Positions 8,219 to 17,767 are shown, counted from the stretch's first letter. The stretch: DNA of 64,000 nt from Promethearchaeota archaeon (GCA_004524725.1 SDNW01000001.1:2213-66212); one strand, 5' to 3'. The notes: generated by a model not told the origin, from the sequence alone. Numbers and translations: made by a program.

Positions 8219-9163
8219 ATGTTTAACATTGATATGGAAGGTATTGATTTAGAAAAGATATATGATCTTATAGTATTAGGAGGAGGTCCGACCGCAATTG
8301 GATGTGCAATATATGCTAAGCGTTTTGCCATGGAGGTTTTGATAGTTGGAAAAACCTTTGGGGGATTAATCGCTACAACCCATATAGTAGAAAATTACCC
8401 CGCTATATCTTCGATTAGTGGGCAAGGTCTAATGGAGTTGTTTAAGGAACATATGAATTCCTTAGAAATTCCATATATTTCAGATGAGATAAAAAACATT
8501 GAAAAAGTTAACGACCACTTTGAATTACACTCCTTTTTTCAAAATTTCAAAGCTTACTCGGTATGTATTGCAACAGGATCAGTAAGAAGAAAGTTAGGAA
8601 TTCCAGGAGAAGAAGAGTTTGCGGGGAAAGGAGTATCATATTGTGCAACCTGTGATGGTCCATTTTATAAGGATAAAGTTGTATGTGTTATAGGAGGTAG
8701 TGATTCTGCTGCAAAAGAGGCTTTATTTCTAGCACAAAACACAAAAAAGGTGTATATCATATATCGAGGCGAGGATTTACGAGCTGAACCAATAAATAAA
8801 AAACGAGTGCTCGAAAGTGATAAAATCGAGATTATCTATAACACAAATGTAGTTGAGATTATCGGAGAGGGGAAAGTAAAATCAATTGTTTTCGATAATG
8901 GAAAAAGATTAGATATTGATGGCGTTTTTATTGAAATTGGGTCAGTTCCTAACTCAGATATTGCAAAGCACATCGGAGTTGATATTAACGATCATAATGA
9001 AATTAAGATTAATCGTAAATCTGAAACGAATATTCCAGGCATTTTTGCTGCAGGAGATGTAGCTGATGCTCCCTTCAAGCAGGCTATTACAGGTGTAGCA
9101 GAAGGTGTAATTGCAGCTTATTCTGCTTTTGATTATGTAAAAGAAATGAATATTGAATACTAG
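8219..9163 (+). CDS. trxB: thioredoxin reductase (low-Mr, FAD/NAD(P)H)
   Basis: It has the FAD motif LVLGGGPTAIG, the redox-active CATCDG, the NAD(P)H motif VIGGSDSAAKEA and the C-terminal GIFAAGDV. Confidence 0.85.
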   Translation: MFNIDMEGIDLEKIYDLIVLGGGPTAIGCAIYAKRFAMEVLIVGKTFGGLIATTHIVENYPAISSISGQGLMELFKEHMNSLEIPYISDEIKNIEKVNDHFELHSFFQNFKAYSVCIATGSVRRKLGIPGEEEFAGKGVSYCATCDGPFYKDKVVCVIGGSDSAAKEALFLAQNTKKVYIIYRGEDLRAEPINKKRVLESDKIEIIYNTNVVEIIGEGKVKSIVFDNGKRLDIDGVFIEIGSVPNSDIAKHIGVDINDHNEIKINRKSETNIPGIFAAGDVADAPFKQAITGVAEGVIAAYSAFDYVKEMNIEY

Positions 9164-9214
9164 TGATTTTTCCAATTACTTCTATCCAATTTTTCAATAA
9201 AAAAAAGGAAGTTT

Positions 9215-9523
9215 TTATTGGATTGGTACATCTATAGCCCCTTCCATGTGATCCTTAAAAGTTACATCAACTTTCAATATCCCATTTTTATAAATTGCTT
9301 TAGATTTCTCAGCGTTCACCGGACAACATATAGCATATGAACCTACGTACACTGTATTATCAGTTTCACCCTTTATAAAGAACGAATCTTCATGCATCTT
9401 TAAAATTATTGTGTCTTTTTCTACTCCTGGCATTGTTATTTCAATATGATAATTATCATGCTCATCATCAGCCCATGCACAGATTTCTGGAGAGACTATA
9501 TATTTTTCTTTACTTTCAGACAT
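9215..9523 (-). CDS. small heat-shock protein (Hsp20/alpha-crystallin domain)
   Basis: YHIEITMPGVEKDTIILKMHEDSFFIKGE...YKNGILKVDV is alpha-crystallin-like. A perfect GGTGA lies 6 nt upstream of the ATG. Confidence 0.75.
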   Translation of the reverse strand: MSESKEKYIVSPEICAWADDEHDNYHIEITMPGVEKDTIILKMHEDSFFIKGETDNTVYVGSYAICCPVNAEKSKAIYKNGILKVDVTFKDHMEGAIDVPIQ

Positions 9524-9690
9524 TCCTTCTCACCTTCTAAAAAATAGTAATTTTATACTTAATATTAGCACTAAAAGAAGTGTTTTAAAGGTTTGTTTAA
9601 TGATTTGTAAGAATTCTTAGGTAATTCTTGTTTAAGAAGAAATTAATGTCAAGCTTTTTTTTTATATTATAAATTTTGGAATTAAGGTTA

Positions 9691-10365
9691 TTAAAATTCA
9701 CTTAATGGGATTTTTCCTTTATAATAAATCGTGCGACCATCGAAACAGAGTTGAATAGCGTAAATTGGGACTCCTCTCTTCTTCGCTTCTTTTATTTTAA
9801 TTGAAAAATCTCTATCGGTATCCCAATTAGGTTTGAACGAATTAGCTTTTCGAAATACTAAAAACATGATAATTCCCTTGTGATCAATTATTTCTTGTAC
9901 ATGGCGTGTTCCTCTTTTTGTTGGAGCATCGGGAAATAATGCAATACCGTTCTTAACTAAAGTCACCCCTTTTACTTCTAAAGGAACACCGTCCAACACA
10001 AAATCTATTCTACTATTTCCTATAGTTACCTCTTTTTCAATATTACTGACTCCTTTAAAATCATCAAGGTACTTGAATAGCTCTAATGCGATTTTTGAAT
10101 GAAGTGCAGTATCGATGATTATCCATTCATTTTCATGTTGTACTGCTTTAATATAATATTCCAATTTACCTCTTGAATCAGTAAACAAAACGGGAGAATT
10201 TGGTATTAATAATTCTGTTAATCGTCCTGGATCGTGTATATGAGCGGAATGGATATTATTTTTATATCGAATCTCGCTAAAAAATCTATTTGGACGATTT
10301 AAAAACGCACCTACTTTAAGATTCGTAAGTGACATAAGAGGAATTCTAGAGCTCTTCTTGATCAT
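9691..10365 (-). CDS. sfsA: SfsA-family nuclease-fold DNA-binding protein
   Basis: FLNRPNRFFSEI, HIHDPGRLTELL, NSRIDFVL, EVKGVTL and FPDAPTKRGTRHVQE are collinear with the SfsA family. Confidence 0.8.
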   Translation of the reverse strand: MIKKSSRIPLMSLTNLKVGAFLNRPNRFFSEIRYKNNIHSAHIHDPGRLTELLIPNSPVLFTDSRGKLEYYIKAVQHENEWIIIDTALHSKIALELFKYLDDFKGVSNIEKEVTIGNSRIDFVLDGVPLEVKGVTLVKNGIALFPDAPTKRGTRHVQEIIDHKGIIMFLVFRKANSFKPNWDTDRDFSIKIKEAKKRGVPIYAIQLCFDGRTIYYKGKIPLSEF

Positions 10366-10475
10366 GATTCTTTTAAGAGGATTATTTCTAATTAGAATTA
10401 TCCAAATAGAGATTAAAAAGAAATCTTTATATAATATAATCTATACACATAAAAACCATTTAATTTTTTATAATT

Positions 10476-10718
10476 TTGATTAATGCGATGAAAAAACAAC
10501 ATCATATTGAAAGTTATAAATTTCATCATATTGATACGGATAAATGTAAAAAATGTACTCATTTTTTTTGCGAGGACGCTTGTTTTAGAGGAATTTATCA
10601 AGTTATTAACAAAGATACTGAACCAAAATGCTCAATTGTACAGAAACGCGAAGACAGATGTGTAAAATGTCATATTTGTACAACAGCATGTAAGTTTAAA
10701 GCTATTACTATTGATTGA
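10476..10718 (+). CDS. small 2x[4Fe-4S]-type ferredoxin-like protein
   Basis: There are two Cys clusters, CKKCTHFFCEDAC and CVKCHICTTAC. The start may be the second ATG, at 10485. Confidence 0.6.
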   Translation: MINAMKKQHHIESYKFHHIDTDKCKKCTHFFCEDACFRGIYQVINKDTEPKCSIVQKREDRCVKCHICTTACKFKAITID

Positions 10719-10867
10719 GACTCAATCCTTAACCAAATTTACTGTTTAACTATTGAGATAATGTTTTTCTATTTTTTCCATGATCTACAAAACTTATAAA
10801 ATATAAATTTCACAATTAATTAGGAATAATTAGGATAAATAAATAATTCAATACCAAAGTTGTTATT

Positions 10868-11425
10868 ATGATCTCTCAAAAATTAAAATTAGACGATATT
10901 GATCGGAAAATTATTAGCTTAGTCCAAGAGGATCCCAATCTTACCCATACACAAATCGCAGAAAGAATAGACAGAAGCCAACCGACAGTGGGTATGCGAA
11001 TTAAGAAATTAGAAAAGGAAGGTATTCTTCAATTTCAACCAGGAATTAATTTTAAAAAAGTAGATCTATTTTTGGCTACTGTAGAATTAAAAACAAAATA
11101 TCCGGATGAAATTATCGATATGGCAAAATTTTGTCCATTTATGTTAAATGCGTTCCGCTTAAGTGGTGACCATAACATCAGCATCCTTCTTGCCAGTTCA
11201 AAACTAGAGAAACTAGATAACATTGTCAATTATCATTTTAGAAATAATCCTAGTGTTCAATCTGTTTCAATGGAAATTGTCACGCAAATTGCAAAAGATT
11301 TTATTCTTCCTATTGATTTTGATTCCGAAGAGCATAATCCCACATTAGAAGAGGGATGCGGAGAAAACTGTAAATATAAGTTGGGAGCATTACATGAAAA
11401 AGTTGAGCAATCCCATTTCATGTAA
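10868..11425 (+). CDS. Lrp/AsnC-type winged-HTH regulator with C-terminal Cys motif
   Basis: LDDIDRKIISLVQEDPNLTHTQIAERIDRSQPTVGMRIKKLEKEGIL is an HTH_AsnC signature. The C-terminal part has CGENC. Confidence 0.7.
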   Translation: MISQKLKLDDIDRKIISLVQEDPNLTHTQIAERIDRSQPTVGMRIKKLEKEGILQFQPGINFKKVDLFLATVELKTKYPDEIIDMAKFCPFMLNAFRLSGDHNISILLASSKLEKLDNIVNYHFRNNPSVQSVSMEIVTQIAKDFILPIDFDSEEHNPTLEEGCGENCKYKLGALHEKVEQSHFM

Positions 11426-11452
11426 TTAACACATATTAAAAAATATTGAGGA

Positions 11453-12022
11453 CTATTCTTCCTCTTCTATTTCATCAAATTGATATTTTGGAAGATTTAC
11501 GTTAAGATCGCAATCAGGTCCACAATTGGTAGAGTGCAAATCAAATTTTTCTATTTGAAAATCAATCGGGACGACAAAATCGTGAATGGAATCAATAATA
11601 ATATTCGTTTTAACATTGGTAACTTGTGGATCTTTTCTGAAACAAATATCTACTAACTTCTCAATAGTTTGAAGATCTGAGGCTGCGATAAAGCATAACA
11701 AGTTGAATTCACCAGAAATTTTAAAAGCGTGATTAACAAAAGCACATTTTTCGAGTTTATTCACTATACTATCAACATCCTTCGTAGAAATAAATACAAT
11801 CGCTGTTTTGATATCAACTTTTTTTATATTAAATCCCACTTGTTTAGTTAATAAATGTTTCCGTTCCAATTTTATTATTCGAGCACCCACAGCTGGTTGA
11901 GACTTTTCAATCTCAGCTGCAATCTGACTATGAGTAATATCTGGGTCTCGCTCAATCATTTCGATTATTTTATAATCGTCATCATCTATTCCTAGAATTT
12001 CCTTAAATGTTTTCTTTATCAT
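11453..12022 (-). CDS. Lrp/AsnC-type winged-HTH regulator paralog
   Basis: DDDYKIIEMIERDPDITHSQIAAEIEKSQPAVGARIIKLERKHLL is followed by a C-terminal CGPDC. It is collinear with the 10868 gene and convergent with it across a 27-bp gap. Confidence 0.7.
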   Translation of the reverse strand: MIKKTFKEILGIDDDDYKIIEMIERDPDITHSQIAAEIEKSQPAVGARIIKLERKHLLTKQVGFNIKKVDIKTAIVFISTKDVDSIVNKLEKCAFVNHAFKISGEFNLLCFIAASDLQTIEKLVDICFRKDPQVTNVKTNIIIDSIHDFVVPIDFQIEKFDLHSTNCGPDCDLNVNLPKYQFDEIEEEE

Positions 12023-12211
12023 ATCTTAGTACCTAGAGACGCTATTTTAATATAAATTTTGTTTCTATGAATATAAAATTTAGTTAGGTTTGATATTAAC
12101 AATTATGATTAGTTATGATTAAGTTCTTTTATTTTATAAATTATATAACTAATATTTGTTTAGTATTATAAGTTAGGAGATTTTATTTGCTTTAGGATCA
12201 ATCAAAAATTC

Positions 12212-13204
12212 TTAAAGAAGGTTCACGAAACTTGTGAACAACTCAAGAAAGAAAATCACTATAGTATATCCGACAAATCCTAGTATAAAATAAATCGGTT
12301 TTCCTTTTTCTTTTTCGGGTATTACTTCGCGCACAATTGTATAAAGAATAACTCCGGAAATGAAAGAATAAATAACATAAAAGAGCTCTATATCAAAAGG
12401 ATTAAAGGGGAATATGAGTTCGAGGATTAGTTTAACGAGAATACCTAGTATTGCTGCACTTGAGAGGATATACTTTTTCATCTTGTTGTCACCAATATTT
12501 AGGTTCTCGTAAATTTCAAGATCTGTAAAAATTATATGACTCTCAGACCTATTACTTATGATCGCTCTAGACCAAGCAAATATAAAAAAGAGAATTCCAG
12601 ATATGAATTCAATTGAAAGTAAACCTGCAAGTATTATTCCAATAAGAAAATGATAAGTGAAATTCGTAAAAAAACGCAATTGTGACAAATCTTCACTGAC
12701 ATGGTTCTGAATTTTTATCTTATAACGATTAATTTCTTCTAATATTTCCTCTTCTTGCAGATTTAGGCTGGTAATGGTTTGAGCTATGTCTCTCACTGCT
12801 GATTCGTCCAAGCTTTCTTTGGTCAGTTCTTTTGTAAGAATTCTTTCTATTCCCCTCTCTACTTCCTCTAAAGTCTTCTCTTTTTGAAGTAATTTGCGCA
12901 TTCTTTTTTGGGAGTTTGCCTCAACTTTCTGTAAAATTAATTTTTCGGAGACATGCACAAAAGAAAATCCAATTACTACAAAAAGATATTCAAAAATTAC
13001 AATTTCGAAAGGAATTACGGGAATTCCGACGGCGACTTCCGGAAGCAGTACAAGAAAGAAATATGCTAATGAAATTCCCGCAATAAGAGAAATATGGAGC
13101 TTAGGATGGGTATGCTCATAAAAATCTGCAACGAAAAAAAAGATACCTAAAACTAAAGACACTATCGCTACAATTAAAAAATTCTCTATCATTATTATTC
13201 TCAA
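12212..13204 (-). CDS. polytopic membrane protein, possibly a ZIP-like metal transporter, with a central charged coiled-coil loop
   Basis: There are multiple TM segments. LLPEV and REVIPEKE motifs at the two hydrophobic halves resemble ZIP/ZupT signatures. The functional call is weak. Confidence 0.4.
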   Translation of the reverse strand: MRIIMIENFLIVAIVSLVLGIFFFVADFYEHTHPKLHISLIAGISLAYFFLVLLPEVAVGIPVIPFEIVIFEYLFVVIGFSFVHVSEKLILQKVEANSQKRMRKLLQKEKTLEEVERGIERILTKELTKESLDESAVRDIAQTITSLNLQEEEILEEINRYKIKIQNHVSEDLSQLRFFTNFTYHFLIGIILAGLLSIEFISGILFFIFAWSRAIISNRSESHIIFTDLEIYENLNIGDNKMKKYILSSAAILGILVKLILELIFPFNPFDIELFYVIYSFISGVILYTIVREVIPEKEKGKPIYFILGFVGYTIVIFFLELFTSFVNLL

Positions 13205-13277
13205 GATTGAAAAAGTTTATAAAAGTTTTGTGGTAACAAATTAAAATTTAGAGTATACGCTCGAAATGTTGGTATAA

Positions 13278-14180
13278 ATGGAATTTCTGATAATTACATC
13301 TACAGAGGACAAAGCTTCAATGAATATTAGGAATAATTTATTGAATTCCAAATTATTCTACTTTAGAAAGTCTGAGAAAATATGGCATGAAAATCCCATA
13401 TATAACTTTGAAGGATTTATAGAGAAAAATAATCTAAATACTCCTTTAATTAATAATCAAATATATTTAGGGTTGACAGATGAACCGCTAATTTTCTTGA
13501 ATAATTTAAAATTAGACCAATTTAACATCAATCCTGATGCTATTATTTTTGCTAGTCGACATACGTCAAAAACAGCAAGACCAGCAATTTTAATTCACAC
13601 TACAGGCAATTGGAGCAAGGATGCAAGATTTGGAGGAGATCCTTGTCAATTATCAAAAACAAGTGCCTTATTACAAAAAGCGGGTTTTATATGTTTAGAG
13701 AAGCATTTAAACATGAAGAATTTACCTAATTTTACATTCGACATGGAAGTGACTCACCATGGTCCAACAAATCTGGAAATCCCTCTGGTGTATATGGAGC
13801 TTGGGAGTAGTAAAAAAGAATGGAATATAAAAGAGGCAGGTGAGATGGTCGGAAATGCAATTATAGATACCATCTTCAAATATCTTTCTTATAACAAGGA
13901 TTCTAATATAAAAATAGGTTTAGGATTTGGTGGTACGCACTATGCTCCAAATTTTAATAAAATTATGAGACTCCCCGAGATTGCATTGTCTTTTATATGC
14001 CCGAAATATTATATCCAACTGCTTAATCAGACCTTAATCACCCAAATGATAGAAAATACAACTGAAGCGATTGATTATTTTATAATCGATTGGAAGGGCA
14101 CAAACTCAGAAGATAAAAAGCATTTAACTTCACTTTTAGAGCATTATGAAATACCTATAAAGAAGACAAAAGAATTTTGA
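13278..14180 (+). CDS. dtdA: archaeal D-aminoacyl-tRNA deacylase (DTD2/DtdA family)
   Basis: The N-terminus FLIITSTEDKASMNI, then FASRHTSKTARPAILIHTTGNW and the metal motif EVTHHGP are typical of the tRNA_deacylase (DtdA) family. Confidence 0.7.
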   Translation: MEFLIITSTEDKASMNIRNNLLNSKLFYFRKSEKIWHENPIYNFEGFIEKNNLNTPLINNQIYLGLTDEPLIFLNNLKLDQFNINPDAIIFASRHTSKTARPAILIHTTGNWSKDARFGGDPCQLSKTSALLQKAGFICLEKHLNMKNLPNFTFDMEVTHHGPTNLEIPLVYMELGSSKKEWNIKEAGEMVGNAIIDTIFKYLSYNKDSNIKIGLGFGGTHYAPNFNKIMRLPEIALSFICPKYYIQLLNQTLITQMIENTTEAIDYFIIDWKGTNSEDKKHLTSLLEHYEIPIKKTKEF

Positions 14181-14191
14181 GGGATTAGCTT

Positions 14192-15049
14192 CTATTGATT
14201 TTCTTCATAATATTTTTTTAAATTCTCAAAAACGTAATGGCATGCCAAATAGCCTTGAGTCGCTGCTTTAGATAAGATCTTATTTAATAATTCGGGATTT
14301 TTGGCGCCCTCTGTAATGGTAACATTAATTTCTCTAATATTATAGTAACTTCTCCAAAAAAGAGTAGGCCAATCTACGAGGGGTCGTAATACTTGGTTAA
14401 ATTTCTTTTTACCCTCTTCAGATAATTCAATTTCTTTCGCTAATTTATAAATATTTTCCTTACCTTTCTTAGTTTTTGTAAGAAAACCGTCATCGACTAT
14501 TTCTTTAAGGAGTTTTCGTAACTCAGTTAAGGTTAAGTTAAGATTAATTTTTTTTAGATTTTCCTTAATTTCTTTATCGGTTTGTCCTTTTAATTTGATC
14601 ATTAGATATGATCTAGCCAAAATATTGTATTTTAAAGGTACCGATTCGTGTTCCAATTGATTATATTGGAATAAATTGCCTAAAATTTCTTTAGCTATAA
14701 AATACTTAAGTTCTAGTTGATCATTTTCTAAAAATTCTTGAGTAAATTTCGATGAATCATTGAAGTAATGGTTATAGAGAGTAGAAAGTAAAGATTTAAT
14801 TGAATGAAATCCATCATCAAAGGAAAGTCTGATAATATCCAGAATCTGAATCCGATAATTAACATCCTTAAGAAATTTATCTTTTTCCACAGAATATTGC
14901 CTTAATAGATGAGGATTTGGATTGAATTCTTTGAGTAATTCGTCCCATTCTTTTTTAAACCTATAGGTTTGAGTTTTTGAAATACCTGAGAGTTTATATA
15001 CAACTTCATATAATTTCATTAAAAATTGTTGTTCGTTTAGTTCAGTCAT
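14192..15049 (-). CDS. hypothetical protein with probable C-terminal winged-helix segment
   Basis: This is a long clean ORF of 285 aa. LRKLLKEIVDDGFLTKTKKGKENIYKL resembles a wHTH recognition helix plus wing. I recognise no other motif. Confidence 0.45.
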   Translation of the reverse strand: MTELNEQQFLMKLYEVVYKLSGISKTQTYRFKKEWDELLKEFNPNPHLLRQYSVEKDKFLKDVNYRIQILDIIRLSFDDGFHSIKSLLSTLYNHYFNDSSKFTQEFLENDQLELKYFIAKEILGNLFQYNQLEHESVPLKYNILARSYLMIKLKGQTDKEIKENLKKINLNLTLTELRKLLKEIVDDGFLTKTKKGKENIYKLAKEIELSEEGKKKFNQVLRPLVDWPTLFWRSYYNIREINVTITEGAKNPELLNKILSKAATQGYLACHYVFENLKKYYEENQ

Positions 15050-15280
15050 CTATTAAAGCAAAACCCTTCTTTGTATTAAACTATATAAATTAATATTTAT
15101 TAAAATCTAAAGATTTTTAAAGTTTCATTAGGATTTCGAATTGAAAAAATAGAGCATTAATAATTGTTTAAATATAAATGGAAGAAGTAGGTAAGAAAAT
15201 TTATTACCTTGATGAAAGGAATTTTTTATTGCCAAAACATTTAGTGATATTAACATTACATATTTTTAGGTGAAAATGAG

Positions 15281-15670
15281 TTGAAATTAGAACATATTGC
15301 TCTTGCTTCAAATTCAGAAGTAGAAAGTGATAAATTTTTCATGGATTTATTTGGGTTGGAAAAAATAAGATCTTTTACGGTATCGGATGATAAGATGAGG
15401 CAATTTTTTAATGTTAGCGAAGCGCATAATTTCATTCGTTATGAAAAGAATGAATTGTCCGTTGAGGTTATAATTACCAGTACAGCTGATAAAGTCAAGG
15501 ATAAATTCACTCACACTTGTATCATTGTGGAGGATGGTGTTAAGCTTATAGAAAAGGCAAAGGCTATGGGATATGATACTATTAAAGTCCCGAGAGATGA
15601 GAAAAAAGGGTTTTATTTATTTTTAAAAGATCCTTTTGGGAACCTATTTGAAATTAAAGGGATATCGTAA
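15281..15670 (+). CDS. VOC (glyoxalase/bleomycin-resistance/methylmalonyl-CoA-epimerase-like) family protein
   Basis: MKLEHIALASN...H(T)CIIVED...DPFGNLFEI is the paired beta-alpha-beta-beta-beta VOC pattern. The start is TTG, 7 nt after AGGTGA. Confidence 0.7.
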   Translation: MKLEHIALASNSEVESDKFFMDLFGLEKIRSFTVSDDKMRQFFNVSEAHNFIRYEKNELSVEVIITSTADKVKDKFTHTCIIVEDGVKLIEKAKAMGYDTIKVPRDEKKGFYLFLKDPFGNLFEIKGIS

Positions 15671-16529
15671 AATTTTTTTACAAAAAATTCTTTTTTATAA
15701 ATTTGAATCTGCAATAATTATCATTGAATCTGAATGGAGTGAATTAATCATTCCTAAATCTTACAAACTTAAAGTGGTATTAGGCGGGGCTCAAAATTCC
15801 GGGAAAACTTCGTTTATAGACGGGGATACTTTAAATGACAGCCCTATTGGAGTATCATTTAAACCAATAGAATGTTATGCTAATGGCTTAGATAACTATA
15901 AATTTATTATTTGGGATCTAAAAGATCGAGAGCGATTTCGTTTTTTATTCCCATATTTTTGCCGTGGAGCTTGTGCTGGTTTATTGTGTTTTGATTTGAC
16001 CAACCGAGATTCTTTTTTAGAACTAGAAAGTTGGATCAGGCTATTTAGAGATAATATTGGTGACATCCCTATAATTTTAATAGGAACAAGATATGATTTA
16101 GATAGCTTTAAGGTAACCGAAAAAGAGATTCGCGATTTTGTTAGAACAAATGGATTAAGCGATTTTTTTTTAAGTTCTGTATATGACGATATTGACACAA
16201 AAAAAGAAGTTTTTAAATTAATAGTTGAATCTATTGATCCAAATTATCCACTTAATAATTTTTCTCTTTTTACTCCTAAAGATTTTGATTCTGATGAGTT
16301 TAAAGAATTTGTCAGATATTTTTCGATTTGCCCAATATGTAAAAAAGAAAATCATTATGAATCTTTAAAGAGTATTTATATTAGCAATGAACCAGAATTA
16401 ATATTACTTCGACAACAGATATATAAGGCGATAGATTTCTCTCGAAATTTTAAATTAAATAAAAAAAGGAACTTGAAAGTCGGAATCCCTTGCTGTAATT
16501 GCTATAAAATCCTTTTTAAAAATAAGTAG
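15636..16529 (+). CDS. divergent Rab/Ras-like small GTPase with C-terminal 4-Cys zinc-ribbon extension
   Basis: G1 is GGAQNSGKTS. G3 is degenerate (WDLKDRERF versus WDTAGQE). G4 is GTRYD (versus NKxD). The C-terminal Cys pairs are CPICKK and CCNCYK. The track start at 15636 overlaps the previous gene. ATT 15750, 7 nt after GGAGTGA, would give a canonical GTPase N-terminus (see findings). Confidence 0.65.
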   Translation: MGTYLKLKGYRKIFLQKILFYKFESAIIIIESEWSELIIPKSYKLKVVLGGAQNSGKTSFIDGDTLNDSPIGVSFKPIECYANGLDNYKFIIWDLKDRERFRFLFPYFCRGACAGLLCFDLTNRDSFLELESWIRLFRDNIGDIPIILIGTRYDLDSFKVTEKEIRDFVRTNGLSDFFLSSVYDDIDTKKEVFKLIVESIDPNYPLNNFSLFTPKDFDSDEFKEFVRYFSICPICKKENHYESLKSIYISNEPELILLRQQIYKAIDFSRNFKLNKKRNLKVGIPCCNCYKILFKNK

Positions 16530-16654
16530 GAAATGTTAATCTAATTCTATTCTCTTATAAATTAGAAGAACTAAAGGGATGATTTAGAAAAGCTTTAGAT
16601 GGCTAAGATCAATGAAGCAGGTTTTAAAACACATTTTTATTCATAATCAAACTC

Positions 16655-17473
16655 CTATTCATCCCACACTGCTGAACTCAGGAGATGTTCTATACGTGTT
16701 CGTCTCGGTCGAATAAATTTGGTTCGACTTTTTCTGCGCTCTAATAATAAATGTTTCTCTAAATTATTAGAATGAACCATATATACTTCCAAATCACCCT
16801 TGTCCAGGAAAATATGATTAAAACTGGGTGTATCATCCGCTCGCACCTTTTTTGAGCTAGATGTACCACAATATAAAAAGATAGTATCCGTTCTGTTATT
16901 ATCAAATATATATGCATGTGGTACATGACGATGTCCCATTAACACTAAATCTATCTCAAATAACTGAGTAAATTCAATTATTTCACCTGCATCTCGAACT
17001 GTCGTGAATTTTTGTCCCGATAATGGAACGGGTATTAGATGATGATGGAGCGCAATAATTCGGTTTTCTAAATTTTTATTAAAACATCTACCCATCCAAT
17101 CTAATTGTTCATCACCTATCATTCCTTCACTCATATCGTCTCTTGCTGAGCATAAACCGACGATGATTGTATCCTTCTCTTCAATGATCATTCTTGATCT
17201 TCTTGGACCAATTAATCTCTCAAAAAAAATAAGGCCTGAATTTTTAGCACAATGATTTCCCGGGATCACCATCAATCTTGTCATGGCTTTTATTCTGTTA
17301 AGATAAGGGAGGATCTTCTCATATTGAACAACTCGTCCTTTATGAACAACATCCCCTGTGCATATTACGACATCCGGTTGTGCATCCTTTATGTATTCAA
17401 TGATGTTTTCTAAATATTCTGCAACAAATTCACTTCCATAATGCAAATCACTAATTTGTATAATTTCAACCAT
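16655..17473 (-). CDS. calcineurin-like metallophosphoesterase
   Basis: The ordered motifs ISDLHYG, GDVVHKG, GNHC, HHH and GHRHVPH are present. Confidence 0.8.
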   Translation of the reverse strand: MVEIIQISDLHYGSEFVAEYLENIIEYIKDAQPDVVICTGDVVHKGRVVQYEKILPYLNRIKAMTRLMVIPGNHCAKNSGLIFFERLIGPRRSRMIIEEKDTIIVGLCSARDDMSEGMIGDEQLDWMGRCFNKNLENRIIALHHHLIPVPLSGQKFTTVRDAGEIIEFTQLFEIDLVLMGHRHVPHAYIFDNNRTDTIFLYCGTSSSKKVRADDTPSFNHIFLDKGDLEVYMVHSNNLEKHLLLERRKSRTKFIRPRRTRIEHLLSSAVWDE

Positions 17474-17605
17474 GCTAATAGAACCATATCCATTATTTTT
17501 TTTTACCTAATAGGTTCTAATGTATGTTAAATTTTAAATTATATTAAACATGGAAAATAGTGCTATATTAAATCTAAAAGGTGATAGCAAATAATAAAAG
17601 CAGTT

Positions 17606-17767
17606 TCAGATAACAGTTTTAATATTAAAACAATTGTTTATCTTTCGGTTTTGTGCGATTTCATCTAAAATTAATTTATCTCTGCAATCTACACAAATTC
17701 CGCTTATTTTAAGCCAGCGGTCCTGGCCACAGCTCGGACATACAAATTTTTTATAAATAATTTTCAT
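17606..17767 (-). CDS. hypothetical small zinc-ribbon protein (53 aa)
   Basis: My manual translation gives MKIIYKKFVCPSCGQDRWLKISGICVDCRDKLILDEIAQNRK..., with CPxC-x12-CxxC. It sits in a 470-bp gap otherwise devoid of ORFs. Confidence 0.3.
   Translation of the reverse strand: MKIIYKKFVCPSCGQDRWLKISGICVDCRDKLILDEIAQNRKINNCFNIKTVI

Noticed and set aside
10868-12022. Siroheme decarboxylase AhbA/AhbB pair (Lrp-like fold)
   Set aside because: The genes are convergent rather than co-transcribed, no other heme-pathway genes are nearby, and the N-termini look like DNA-binding HTH_AsnC domains. I cannot exclude this without profile searches.
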